64,000 nucleotides of DNA, taken from NCBI GenBank assembly GCA_012295275.1, contig CM022679.1:17670001-17734000 (forward strand), written 5' to 3'. The stretch comes from Chrysomallon squamiferum. Its lineage: Eukaryota > Animalia > Mollusca. Within the stretch, counting starts at the first letter, position 1, and the number at the start of each line of letters is the position of its first letter. Both the position numbers and the translations under genes were made by a program. Below the pieces are notes generated by a model. The model did not search any database, was not told where the DNA came from, and was given only the letters and a program-made list of their open reading frames with translations. Below, piece after piece: positions 1-13,986 of the stretch.

Positions 1-202
1 AAAGACATTGTTATTGAATGGAATATGTGCTATTTAAAGTTAATTAGCCTAACAAATATTCATTTTCATGAAAATAGTCAATTCAACATGATTGTTTTAA
101 ATAAAAATTTTAACATTTTGTTTTTTTGATTATTACTTTAATAATTAATTTATTTCACATGAAACATTTTTATCTAAAAGTTAATAGTATTTTGTATCAT
201 AC

Positions 203-3200
203 CCGAGATCATCAACATCAGCTGAACTGAAAGACCCATGACTGGATCGGGAGCAGAGATCAGATGAAGCTACTGAAACTGAACTGACAGTACTTGATAC
301 TCGGTCTAATGAGGCATGTTTTGTTGAAGTGTTAACATTAACAGATTCATAATTTTCTTCATCTGTGCCAGTCTTAAACACATCTTCACTGCCAGCTGAC
401 ATGTTAGATATGCTATCTTTGTCATGTTTAGTTTCAGCACTTTGTCTGGCATCATCATCATCAAAACTCACAATGTGGGCTACCTTTTTCTTCTTCTTCT
501 TTTCTTTTTTCTTCCCAGTTTCCACTTCATCTGAAACATGAATTTAGAAAAAAAATAAGATTTCCAGCAACTAACTCTGGGATAAAATTTATCTGATCAT
601 ACATCCAAAGTCATAGTCTTGTATAAATTATATAAAAATACTTGTTTAAGTTGTGTATCAGTTATAAAATTTCAGATTTCTACCCTTTATTCACAAGTTT
701 CAGAATTCTCTAAATGTAACATTTATGCTATATGAATTACATCATCAATCATCTTTCTTAAGCACTGACATATATCATAAATGCAATATATAACATTGAC
801 TATGACACATACTGCCACAGAGTGTGTAGATGCAGACATATACAAACCACTTGGCCAGGTGTCAGCTGCTATCACAGGACTTGGCTCATCTTCAGTATTG
901 GAAATTAAATGAGGTGAAGACTGGCTGATGTGTATACTGTGCATAACTGGACTCTTGTTAAATTCCTGTCGGTCAATGTTGATAGCAAAGAGAATGGATC
1001 CAAGACCTGCAATGGAAAACATATCATTAACAGCAGAATGTCTGATGGAAAAAGTTTGTCTTTGGTAATAAATAAAAATAATTATTTTGTTATCATAATA
1101 ATATGCTAATATAAATATATTATGTCGACAAACAACATTTGAATTTTTTCGTTTACCATGAATTTTAGATAAACAAATCTTCTTTACAGCAAGAATAAAA
1201 TTAGAAATTATTCCTACTGAAATATATCTTACCAGCAGCCATCATTGGAAGCATGCTGCTTCTTTCTTGGTCTCGAAGAAATGCCCAGTCTTCATAATTC
1301 TGCCTGAAACACAATGAATGTATAAAAGAATGATTATTTTTTAAACAGATCTCAGTACATTTCACTGACAAGTGTTATTTGGTGTCAAACATTTGCTATT
1401 TTTGGTTTTAAGATCAAAGCTTTTCTCCACTCCACAAGCTACTCCTTTTGAGCAGCAACAAAGAACTCTGTATTATCTCAAAAATATTTATTCTATAAAT
1501 CACTAAGATAAAAGTTGTGTATCAGATGAGTCAACTGATACTTTATGTAATAACACACTATAAATACCTGAGAATGTCCTCACTGTCAATCAACATGTGC
1601 ATGTAACGTTCCAGTGAATGTTCATTGAAAGCTGCTCTCAGCCAGGCTCGACCTCGGCCCATGTCTGTGTTTACAAGCTTCAGATTGTGAAATCTTTGTA
1701 CATCATGGTGAGTCAGATGTTCCTTTACACAGTGCCAGAACACTAAAATAAATAAATAAATAAATATAAACTGAACACAACAGATAATATCTACTAAACA
1801 TCATGATAACCCATTTGTTAATTTAAAAAAATATATGAATAATAATAACAGCAGAAAAATTCAAATGTCAGACTAGAATACAAATAGTGGATAATGTAAG
1901 AGACAGTAAAAATATTGGCAACTGATAAAATATTTTAAAACTTCACTCAATAATTGAAGCCCTGGGAATAGTCTACACACATCACCATAAATTTTATATG
2001 GAGTGATTTACATATTTATATACATTTTCAGGGTTACAAATTACCTGGTTCGGTTTCCAAATTTTTTATTTCAGAGAAGAAATCTGTTACTTTACCCAAT
2101 CCAGCTCTTTCAGTAACTTGTCTATGAAATTAAATTAATAAATACATAAATAATTTTAACAGGTAAGCATTTTTAATACTATTTGGAATAATGAATAAAA
2201 TTTTAATAAAAAATATAATTAGATAAAAAAAAAAATGAATTATATTGAGTCTATTCTAAAATAAATGCATTGGTCAGAATGAAATGTAAATATTTCACAG
2301 ATCCATAATCTAACTGGTTTAATGTTCAAGCTGTTAAAAAATTATGAAAAAACAAGCTGTGTATTTTAAGTATCACATTGAGCTCAAGCTAGTAGTGTAT
2401 TTTAATTTGTTCATCAGTAACATCCACTTTAATATTATAGTTGAAAGTGACTTTTTGATTTTCATGACAAAGAATTACTTCTGACTTACTTTCATAAAAA
2501 TATTTGTTTTTGAAAAATTCTGCAATTGTACTTGATTTATAAACACACAATATGTTAAATTTAAAAAAATAGAATTGTGATATATAGCCATTAAACTATA
2601 ATTTACTTTTGTCATCAGACATCAAATTACCTCAGTGCCAGCTTGGCTCTGTTGTTATGTCGAAGTCCATGTTGCAGAGAAGCTTCCCATGCAGCACAAA
2701 GACAGGACACTCTATAATGAGAAAAATACCATTACTTAATCCTTAAAATCTTAACAGGACATAAAAAAAGTATTAAACTTGATATGATAAACTTCATTAT
2801 ATTTTGTATGTAAATTTTAATAATTCTCTATAATTAAACAAAGAATAATCTTCCAATTTTACATGTTAATTTTCTTTATGTTAAATATTAGTTTATTTAA
2901 AAATATTATTTAAATTTTTTAAATCAGTACTTGTTACCTGCTATCTGAATCTGTTGCCAACTCTGATCTACCTCCAAACCGAACCTGACACTGAAATATG
3001 AAATAGAACACATTCATTACACATCTTACTACTACTAGATTTTATCAGTCTCTTGATACATTTTCAGCAGCTTTTGATCATAAAAATGATCTATTATTAC
3101 AAATGTTAACATTCTTAACAAATACAAGATTAAAAAAAAGGATTTATAGGACAAGGATCTTTGAAGAGATTTTGAGAAACTTTAATCACAGACTAAAACA

Positions 3201-5282
3201 TTTACTGATATTGTTAAATTCTTTTATTTTTTTATACTTATTTATTGGACTTAAAAAAAGAAGATGAGAAAACATACTTAAATTTCAATATATTGTGTGT
3301 ATGTGTGTGTGCATATGTGTGTATCTTCATATAGTTCACATCATTGTATACTATTTTACATTTTTTAATTTTTTAATATATCCATGCACCACAGCAGATG
3401 TATGCATCCCTAGCAACCACTTAATATGGGCCTGATACATATAGATTATATATGTGGTTTGAATTTTAAACAGAGCACTATCTGGTTTGGCTCCAATCCC
3501 TTTCCATAAATTCCATTGATTCACTGACCATTCAAATAAAAACTAAGTCTGTTTTGTGCTAATTAGGTATCTACTTATTTGAACTAGAAATATCCATGAC
3601 AAAAGAGAATATAAAACCAGCAAAGAAAAGGCAACAGCAGTTGCCAAAGGTACAAGTAATTCAAATAAACATAGTTTTGTTAAATTATTTGCATTATATA
3701 TACTATAGCTATTGAGCTGCATCATCCTCAGACTTGGCACACTGGCTATGCATCCCATACAACATGTGAATAAATGTCAGTGTGATTATTGATCAACTGC
3801 ATTGGAATAATGTACTTCCCAAAGCTGATATTAACCCCAAATCATGTTATAGCATCATGATAACTCCTATTTTCATGCTGTGATAATCATGCTATGACTC
3901 CATAAAATGTTTGATATTTGGCTCATTACTGCATTACTGAAGCAATTGAAAAAAGATACACTCAGTACATATCATGGCAAAATTATCATAAAGAGATATG
4001 ATTGGTCTATCTTTGCTTGCCTAATATTTCTAACTAAATCCAAGGCAACACTTGCCTTGCCATAAAAAAGTTAAAATTCTATCCCTGTATATATATATAT
4101 ATATATATATTTATACATTTATTTATTTATTTATTACCTGTTTTACAGCATCAAGTAGTCGTGTCAAAATGTTTTGTCGTTCATTGAATCTAGGACCATC
4201 ACCTAATGAGAAAATTATTAGAGAAAAAAAGACTCCTAGATTACAGAATAATATTTAAGACATTAAAAAAAAAAAAAATAAAAAAAAAATGTGTTTTTGT
4301 GTAAATAAATAAAAGAACAATAAAAATTTGTTTTAATGTCACATAATTATGGAAATTTTAATTTGTAATGCACTTTATGAAGAGTGCTATTTTGATATGG
4401 GGGAATAAGAAATCACTATTGTAAAATATTTTCTTATTAACATTCAACAATGATAACTAAAGAATGAATGAACATTTTTTTATTATTATTAATTAATTAA
4501 TTAATTTATTTATTTTATTTTTTTTGATATCTTAAAGTCAATCATTATATGAGATTCTGAAACATTATTACTATTGAATGAAGTAAGTTTTCACTTTAGC
4601 TTTCATGTGTGAAGGGTGATAGGATCAAGCTACCTTGGGCAGCCATTTTTCTTTTTCTATTCCAGTCAATAATACATGACAGGATATAGTAACAGCTCAT
4701 TTAAGTAATTATTCTGCATGTGTTTCCTTTGTTTCGGATTTATAATTTTCTGGCATAATTATTATTAATGTATTGTTAAATAAATATTCTTGTATAATCT
4801 TGATTCACAACAAGAAAGAGACTCCAGACTTGATTTTAAAATACACATCTTATATTATGCTTAAAATTATTCTTTCTAATGTATGGCTATTCAGAATTGA
4901 TTTATAGCTAAACAGAATAGTTAAAAACAATATTTTTATGTAGTCGAATAAAAATAAAACATACTTTGAAAAATCACTAAACAAAAATTATATTTAAGAT
5001 ATTCTTAAGGTTTTTTTATCTGAACACTCTAGTCAGTCAGACTGTTATAAATTTATAATATATATATATATATATATATATAAATAGCCTAATTAATATT
5101 TAATGATTTTTTTAAAATAATGTTATGACAATACTGTAAATATATTTAAATCCAATTATAAAAATATATTATTATATTGATCATTCTCTGACAAACTACA
5201 TCAGTTAAATCATCTTGTCTACAAACTGGTAAATAATACTATTTAAATTGAAGATAATAATTAATACGAAACACGAATCATT

Positions 5283-5333
<51 letters not shown>

Positions 5334-5351
5334 GTATTTGTTAATGATTCG

Positions 5352-5445
<94 letters not shown>

Positions 5446-5776
5446 AATGCCTATACTGCAATCGAGTATTATCTCAGTATAGTGATACTGATAGTGATAG
5501 ACACGGTTTCTAAGTTTGTAAATTTTTTAAGATAAAGATGTGTATGTTCAAACGTGAATTCCCTGTAACTGCGTAAGTGTGACAGGTTTTCTCACTGTTA
5601 TTTAGATAAGTCAATAATTATGATGAATGTGGAATCCATGTCATTGTCTATGACATATTGACAGTATCTGAGTATGAGTGCGAGTGCTGACAATGGGGCA
5701 ACCCGCAATACCACACGCAGTTAATGAGTTATTATGCCCTTTGGCTCACCATAAGTATATATTACTTACCGTTCAT
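203..5776 (-). CDS. SNX29: Sorting nexin-29 (RUN-domain N-terminal part); gene continues beyond the left edge
   Basis: Phase-consistent GT-AG exons 5770-5776, 4138-4202, 2938-2990, 2631-2711, 2045-2121, 1568-1742, 1233-1303, 848-1006, 203-530. They give MNGDGPRFNERQNILTRLLDAVKQCQVRFGGRSELATDSDSRVSCLCAAWEASLQHGL...EPVFWHCVKE...GRGRAWLRAAFNEHSLERYMHML...YEDWAFLRDQERSSMLPMMAAGLGSILFAINID...KKEKKKKKKVAHIVSFDDD, closely matching the SNX29 RUN domain and the basic/acidic linker after it. The PX domain is not in the window. Confidence 0.92.
5371..5442. repeat. (AG)n microsatellite preceded by (AT)n tracts, in SNX29 intron 1
   Basis: Pure AG dinucleotide run; it explains the spurious RE/SL ORFs at 5248-5535. 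Confidence 0.95.
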
Positions 5777-5899
5777 GATCGTAAAAAATAAAATTTCACA
5801 AATGCCACAACGTCTGTCATGTTACAGTTCTCTGTGGATTATGAAGAAGAAAGAGAGAGAAAGAAAGAAAGAAAAAACCTCTATCTGTACAAATGAAAA

Positions 5900-5986
5900 C
5901 AAAAACATTCGATCAAAAACTGGGCGGTGATTGCCCCGATCACATGACCTGAATTTCCGGAATATTAGAGTTCTTTCCCTTCTAAG
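5900..5986. promoter_or_regulatory. Bidirectional SNX29/RPL10 promoter, with TCT/5'TOP non-coding first exon of RPL10
   Basis: GGGCGG at about 5922, TCACATGA E-box at 5940-5947, palindromic ETS-like TTCCGGAA at 5955-5962. Polypyrimidine start TTCTTTCCCTTCTAAG (5971-5986) is followed by donor gtactt. The SNX29 ATG lies only about 200 bp away on the other strand. Confidence 0.75.
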
Positions 5987-6168
5987 GTACTTGTGAGATA
6001 TGGCTGCTTTTTAAATTTGGTCATATTTTTATCTTGTTCAATCGTGATTTTCTTTAGTGATTTAATCAAATTGAAATTAATATTTAGAAAGGAATATATT
6101 CCATTAAATTAAAACACTGTAAATTGTGTGCATTTTTTCATACAAACTTTATTATTTTTAGGTACAAG

Positions 6169-8104
6169 ATGGGGCGGCGACCCGCACGTTGGTAAGTTTC
6201 GTTTAATTTTTATAGGCATCGACAAATGTGACTAGTAGATTCATGGTTATGCGATAACGATTAGAAATTATATCCATTAATCGCCATGGAGTAAACGTTC
6301 TTGATCATCATCAATGTTTACTTTTTATATTACATCTGCTTTACTGATGGCCATAACTGAAAACATTCAAAATAATAATAATTATTATTATTATTGTTTT
6401 TATTAGAATCTAAAACTGTTGTAATGTTATTAATAATATTGTTATTGCATATTAAATGTTTATTTAGTTTTTTCAAATAGAGGAAAGTCTAACATCATAA
6501 TGGAATTATCAAATAGAAATGAGTATCATTTCCACAAATTTTTATTTTGGCAATCGATTTTTCAAAGTATGTTTTATTTATTTGAATGTTATGGCATATT
6601 TTTTCATCCACTGCACACACGTAACTGAAAAGCTTACTCAGTAAGTTACTGTTGATCTAACAAAGCCAAAAAGATAATTGGGGGAAATAAAAGATTTGAA
6701 CAGTTAAATTTTGGTAAATTCTGAATACCTAAAATGCTTTGTTTCTGTGAATGATTGATGATTGTATAACATGAATGTTGCACTGTTTTGTTTTTCAGTT
6801 ATCGGTACTGCAAAAATAAACCTTATCCAAAATCACGTTTCTGTAGAGGTGTTCCAGGTAAAGTAAACACGGTCTTAGAATTAAAATGAAAATACATCCA
6901 TTAGTAAGTACACAATTAGTATACCTGCTGCAAATCCTTCTAGTCTGAAAAAGAGATAAATGATTTTGATTTGTATAAAATATCTGAATTATAAGGCTAT
7001 AAAAATCATTGTTAAAATGGAAATTTTATTTCAGATCCAAAGATTCGTATCTTTGATCTTGGGCGAAAGAAGGCCTCTGTGGATGAATTTCCATTGTGTA
7101 TTCATCTGATTTCTGATGAATATGAACAACTTTCATCTGAAGCTCTTGAGGCAGGTCGCATCTGTGCTAACAAGTACTTGGTGAAGAACTGTGGCAAGGA
7201 TGCTTTTCATCTAAGGGTGCGATTACATCCGTTCCATGTCATCCGAATCAACAAGATGTTGTCATGTGCAGGTGCTGATAGGTGAGCTACATTTTGTATA
7301 ATAATATTGACAGATCCAGTTTGATAATCTTGAAAAGAATGGAAATATGTGAATTGGAGAATAACTTGAGATGGCATTTGAAGATAGGGTGTCACTTATA
7401 AATTATTTCAATGCTAGTGTTTTCTGTAGAAGTAAATAGTTTAAATAATGTAGAAATTAGTACCAGTAAATGTCTCATAATTTAAAGTACATGTAAATTA
7501 TATTTTTCCAGACTTCAGACAGGTATGCGTGGAGCATGGGGCAAGCCACAAGGAACTGTTGCCAGAGTACACATTGGTCAGCCCATTATGTCTGTGAGGG
7601 CTCGAGATCAGCACCAGGCAGCAGTTATTGAGGCTCTGAGACGAGCCAAATTTAAGTACCCTGGCAGACAAAAGGTATGTTAAAAAATAAAAAAATTCAC
7701 TGGTCTGTGGAACCTCAGAAATTAGACAGAATGGTTTTTTTTGTTTATATATGTTGTGTAAACAAACATTTTTAAAGCTGATAAACACATTTTTAGTTTT
7801 GGTTTACTATATTCCACCAAGTTAACATAAAAGCATAATAAAAGTACTATAGAATTGGGTACAAACTATTTAAATATCCACTTATAACATTTTGGGTTTA
7901 AAGTAATTTTTATTCTTTTTAAAAAAAAATTAGATTGTTGTTTCAAAGAAATGGGGATTCACCAAGTGGCCACGTGACAAGTTTGAGGAAATGAGGGCTG
8001 AAGGACTTTTGATTCCTGATGGAGTTAGTGTCCAATACAAACCTCCACATGGGCCTCTGAAGGCCTGGATGGAACGTGTTGCAGCCACACATAGATCCAA
8101 GTGA
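6169..8104 (+). CDS. RPL10: 60S ribosomal protein L10 (uL16), 220 aa
   Basis: Exons 6169-6191, 6799-6857, 7035-7281, 7512-7674, 7934-8104: [41 protein letters not shown]...[26 protein letters not shown]...[22 protein letters not shown]...; AATAAA at about 8117. Confidence 0.99.
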
Positions 8105-8392
8105 TTGTAAAAACAAAATAAAAAATAATGGACTAAGAATGTATTTTTTAATGAGTTATTCTTTTATTAATTTTTATATAAATTCAGCTCAAATGTTAAC
8201 AGTGATCTAGAATATAAATTGTTGAGAATCTGGTTTGAAAAGCTAGTTTGGCTAGTTATTTTTAATTGTCATTCAATCTGAGTTACCAATATAATTTGTT
8301 GTTTAGTTTCCGTAATATATTATATGTATTAGTAATTTTATTTTGTGAATGAGGGCAGTACTACTGTTTAGTGGAAAAGATTAAATGCTTGC

Positions 8393-9920
8393 CAGGGTTC
8401 ATACATGTTTTGGAAATTCATCTATTTTGAGTAATCTGATTTTGTTACTGTGGCTATGGAAGTGTTATGGAAAATTAAGCCCTTGCCATGAAAAAAAAAA
8501 AACTGGTTTGTTTCACCGGTGTTTAGTATTGACCAGACGCCTGTTTTAACCAATGTAATGAGGTACCATTATAGCCTAGCCGACGAAAATGGATCCATTT
8601 TGGTAGTGGTTCTATTTAACCTGATCCAAAAACATTACCTCAGGCAATCTGTGCTTGCACAGATCAACACAAGTTTGGTGTGTCTGATTTGAATGACCAT
8701 TGCATCTAACGACATCGTTTAAAATCTCCAGAATCTGGTTAATAATGAACTTTTTCTATGGCTCGCGAAAGCAGGTCAAGATGGTGCAGATGCATATATT
8801 AATTTTAGGGCCATTCAACTATCACGTAAAACGTAATTGGTGGGGGTGTAATTTAAGTCTAAACGTGTGGCCTTATACGGGTAACGCTGTTCAGAACAGT
8901 TTTGTTTTCCTGTATTTTCCGGACTATAATGCACCCTATTATTATTTTAAAAAATTGACATTTTAGAGAAACTATTCACATTGTAAGAAGCATCGTTTCA
9001 CAAGTCCTGCATTACTTTCAAGTATTGACGGTGCAGTGGCGAAATGTATCCGTTTTGTTTTTTAAGACTTGTTCTTGTTTATAATAACTATATTCTTAAA
9101 GAACTTGTAATGTATATATTTTAACTCATTAAGTAAACCTATTTACAATTACTCTTCGTTTCTTTCTCTTGGAATTTGAGAAAGAAACAAGGCTCATAAT
9201 AAACCTCACCCTCCCGATATGAAAAGAAAGTAGTGGGGCTACTGTCTGAAAAATACATTAATGTTGGTTTTTACAGATAAATGTAAACCCAACTCAATTA
9301 TAAATCCTGATGAAATGCTTTAATACACCAAATATTTTAATTATTAACACTGTATTTATATGGTGATCAATTAAAATGGCACAAATGAAAACCCGCAGAT
9401 TTTTTTTTTTCGATCTTAGCAATAGGTCACATTAATGACATCATTGTAGTACATATGCTTGGGTATAAATAAAAATTGCCACGTTGTTCAGTCTGTGTGT
9501 TGGAGGGGGATCTCCTAGCGTTATCTTTTATTTTGTAGCATTACAAGAGGGTGGGTGTTTAATTTTGACAAAAATTGCGTATAATATTTGAACGGCCCAT
9601 TAGGGTTAATTTTTATTTTCTGTATTAATGTTTCTGGCAGTCTGTCTTACATATCATAGTTATGTCCACTGCAAGACTAAAACTCTATAATAAAACACCA
9701 AAATAAATTACATTAATTTTGTTATTACTAGTAATCATACATGTATACCATGCAGCTTAGCCAAGACAAAGGTTTTAATTCTGACAAACGGGTCTAAAAA
9801 GTGCAAAAGTACCACTGTGTTGTGATTGAGTTGGCTTGGAAATGGTTTTGGAAATTAGGATTTGTGGAAAGTTTTGGAAAAGTTATGGAAATTTTGACAG
9901 CCCAAGGTGTACGAACCCTG
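8393..9920. mobile_element. Non-autonomous DNA transposon (hAT-like ends) with 6-bp TSD
   Basis: Left end CAGGGTTCATACA (8393) and right end TGTACGAACCCTG (ends 9920) are inverted repeats. Direct repeat GCTTGC flanks both sides (8387-8392, 9921-9926), and TGGAAA subterminal repeats occur near both ends. Confidence 0.75.
8808..9598. mobile_element. MITE-like element (PIF/Harbinger-like GGGCC ends) nested in the 8393-9920 element
   Basis: GGGCCATTCAACTATCACGTAA at 8808 versus TTGCGTATAATATTTGAACGGCCC ending at 9598 (imperfect TIR). Flanks are TTA-like but there is no clean TSD. Confidence 0.5.
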
Positions 9921-10366
9921 GCTTGCACACGTTACAACCATATCCCAAAAATCCACATATATTTTGTTTACACTATGCTATAAATGTGTGCTATAGGTAA
10001 ATAAATAAAAGAGAAGGAACACATTTTATTTCGAAACCTTTTAATACATATGAAAATAATTCCAACATCTTCAGTTGTTAGCACTTGATGCAAGTTAAGA
10101 AAAAAGTTGTAAACACTTGTACTAACTCAGTATATAGAGATAGGTAATAAGTTAAATAATACACTGTTAACGCGAACTTTTAAATCGAAACGACTTCAAT
10201 CATTCATTCATTAAAGCAGTGAGAAATCACCCTATATTTTACGAACAAAATAACATGTTTATAGCAAAATATATCTAATAAATCGAACAAAATGTTATTA
10301 CAGAAAATGTTCATTTTACACAATATTGCTGAATATCAAAGGACATTCAGATTTCAGCCTATTATA

Positions 10367-12087
10367 TTACAAAATATTTTTGTGCATGTTTCTCTGATGT
10401 CTATACACATTTCCTGATTGGGCAAACAATTTTCCGCATATGTTGCATTTGAAAGGTTTATCTCCTGTATGAACGCGACAATGCTTGCTCCACGTAGATC
10501 GGTCACTGAAGCTTCGCTTGCAGATATCACACTTAAATGGTCGTTCACCAGTGTGAGTTCGTTTGTGAGTCCTCATGGAACTTTTCAGCCTAAATTCTTT
10601 CTCACAAATATCACAGATAAAAGTTTTTTCTTTTCTGTTCATTTTCTCTATTTCCACAAATTGAGGTATGTTATTTTGTATATCATAAGATATACCGCTT
10701 TCTTTTAACACATTCAGACCTGACAGTCGTGTTTTCTGTTCATTTCCTGATTTCCCATTTCCCTTACATTTTACGATAGATGACTGCATGGTTGCATCTT
10801 CTGAAATACCTCTACAAAGAGATAATGGTGTTGGCGAGTATCCAACACTGGAATGGTTTTCATTCGTTCTCGTTAAAATGTCAGTATTCAATGATGGCAT
10901 AAAAGTGTATTTATCAAATTCATTCCAGTTTTGGTTGTCTTCTGGCTTTAAACTGTCTCTTTCTTCTTTAGATTTCCAGGTGTACATTTCTGTTTCGTCA
11001 CGTTCGTCCTCTCTTGTATCGATATTGTCGAGAGCTTCATCTAGGATGCTTTCGTTTACTGACTTGTAATTGATGTCTGGAATGGAATGATGATAACTAA
11101 GTGTCGATTCTTCTGTCATGATGCTCTCAGCTATGTTCGGCGTGAACTGTAATGTAATGGATCTTGGGGTATACTGACAGCTAGGTAACAAATACTGTTT
11201 TTGCACCCTCTCTTTTAACAGTGTGTTCATTTCAGAACGTCGACAGGCGTATCTCGTTGAATGGTTCCGAAGATTCTGACTGATCATCTTATTAGCAGAA
11301 GAGAAGTTATCATCAAAGGTGAAGGTCGGATTTTCAGACGGTAGCGGTGCAACTGGTGATGTTATATAGAAACCATCTCCGCACACCCTGTAACTGATCT
11401 TTGTCAGAAAGTCACACACATCTTCACCATGGTTTAAGGAAACTATATAAATATAAATATAAATATAAATATATCTTGAACGAAATAATATATTAATGCA
11501 TGTACTAAAGACAGTTGTTTTTATATTTACTTTATTAATTTATTAGTGTAGTAACATTAAACTTTAGAGAACAACAATAAATCAATACATAATTTTCTAG
11601 ATGATTAAAATATACTGGGCAGTTAAACTTACTGGTAGAAGAAATTTTCAACTGAAGAGGACATTTCACGAGATAACGTGCATCATCTGAAAAATATAGC
11701 ATTTATAAATTTCAAATAACGTTTGAAAAGTTTATTTTTAATGAAACATAAATACACACGCAGTTCCACATACGTAGTTTATACAATATAAACCTTTGTT
11801 AATGGTTTTGGATAGGCATGACAGCCTTACATCTAGAAAACTGGACTTAGATAAATCTTTTAAATGTAGAATTGTCAGGAAGGGTAGTCGTTTTATACAA
11901 AATGTATTTGAGATTTATTTATCGAGAGAAAGATCATATATTGTTAATCGTGTTATTAAATATACATGAATTATACAAATGATTTCAGTACATTTTTAAA
12001 AGTTTGACACAAGTATATATAATTATATCGAATAATAAATAGAATACCCCTACAAATACCTTCGTTTTTCATTCTAACAGCATCCAT
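10367..12087 (-). CDS. C2H2 zinc-finger protein, about 385 aa, with three C-terminal Kruppel-type fingers
   Basis: Exons 12060-12087 (MDAVRMKNE), 11633-11686 and 10367-11442 are phase-consistent. Three CxxC...HxxxH-type fingers are joined by TGERP/TGDKP linkers. TATAAATA on the minus strand at about 12211-12218; AATAAA on the minus strand at about 10025-10030. Confidence 0.85.
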
Positions 12088-13615
12088 TCGGTACTTCTAA
12101 TCAAGCAATTTACAACTGATAAATGAGTAAATTCTTGAACCTTGAAAAAAATTGTCGTGCTAATCAGAGCAAGCTGTTGTGAAGCACATTAAATTCTTCC
12201 ATATGCTGAATATTTATACTGGTAAACAGTTCTTAAAATAACAAGTGAGTACTGTTTAAAACTATTCTGTCAGTTGTCTAACAGTGAACTGACACTGTTA
12301 GAGCGATGTCATATTTGTGAACAATGTTACATTGATTATCTATTGTTTTGCAGTTACGTTATACAAACATGTCATGTAGCTGGTAAGTTTATTAACATTT
12401 ATTTGATTGATGTCGTTAATCTTTTGATTAACATTCATTCTAATAAATATTTTATTTTTTAATTATTTTTTAAACTATTTAAAAAGTAAAAAAAAAAAAA
12501 AAAATATATATAAATAATAACGATAATAATAATAATAATAATAAAATTAAATGTAATTCATGTGCACATAATTAATATGACAAACAGACACATTTTGATT
12601 TTTTTAGATAAAATTAAGAGTTCTATGCCATTGAGGATATAAATAAATTTTTACACAAAATATTAACCAGTAAGAAAAATTAATTTTTTGGCTACATTGC
12701 TTCAGACTACCAAATTAGTGACTCTGTCTACTGTGCCTAATAGAAGTGTACCACACAGTCCAATGGTTATACAAATGACAGGATTAGCTGAAACAAAAAT
12801 GAAAAGAAAAAAGAAAAACAACAACAAACAAAAAAACATGAAAAGAAAGCAAAACAGACAAATGTCACTACTAATAAATATATAAATAAATAGTAAATAA
12901 ATAAATAAATTAAAATTTATAAATAATAATAATAATAATAACAACAACAACAACAACAAAAAAGAAAAGAAAAAGAACAACGACGACTTGCTGTATTTAT
13001 TTTTTGTCTTATAGGCTGAACAACTCAGTTTGTTTTCTTTAATTATTGAGCATCCGGTATTATGTAGGAGACAAAAAACCAACAACAAAAAAACAAAAAA
13101 CAAAAAAACATCAACAACAACAACAACAACAAAAATACAACTCACCCCCACAAAAAGTAAATAAATAAATAAACCCACAAAACAACAAACAAACAAACCA
13201 AACCAAACAATAAATAAATAAATAAGTCCCCAAACTGAAATAATTTCTGCATAACATGTTTATTATTATAACTTGTAATTCTGGCCTCTGTATATATATA
13301 TACGTATATATGTGGACTTTAAGCTTATTTCACATTTTAACTTCTATCGTTCCTTTTTCTTCCGTTGTGAGAATTAACTTGTGGATATTTATTTATTTAT
13401 TTATTTATTATTATTTTTGAATCCAGAAAATATGTCAGATATAATCCTTTGAAAAGTATTTAAATATATACATAAAACAGGCAATATTCAGTCTTATTGT
13501 GATTTTTTTATAGGGTATAAAGTCTATGTTGTTTATATTATAAATATAATTATCTAGTCACTAAATCAGTGAATCAACTTGATTATCATGTTTTGCCAAC
13601 GTTTGGATTTTCTAT

Positions 13616-13650
<35 letters not shown>

Positions 13651-13944
13651 TTAAGTTGAATTCAGTATTTCAGCTTAATATCCGAGAATTCTGTATTACA
13701 GTATTCATTATTCATTCTGTTTTAAATTTCATGGTTAATTTTTGTCAGAATCCAGTCTGAAATGTCCAGCTAATAGTTTTGTTAGGTTACAATTCAGTAA
13801 AACATTTTCAAGATATTAATTCGTAAACATTTCTTGCATTTTTAAAAAGTAATATTCATGGAACAAATTAATTAACTACAGGAAAGTCTTGTGGAAAGTC
13901 TTATTTTCATTATAATATATTATTTATATTTATATTTATATTTA

Positions 13945-13983
<39 letters not shown>

Positions 13984-13986
13984 ATA

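Noticed and set aside
10418-11069. Plus-strand ORFs opposite the zinc-finger exon, and minus ORF 58073-58288 opposite the nested gene
   Set aside because: Antisense shadows of real coding sequence.
12702-13196. 164-aa hydrophobic minus-strand ORF
   Set aside because: Translation of A-rich (CAA/TAA)n low-complexity sequence, not a membrane protein.
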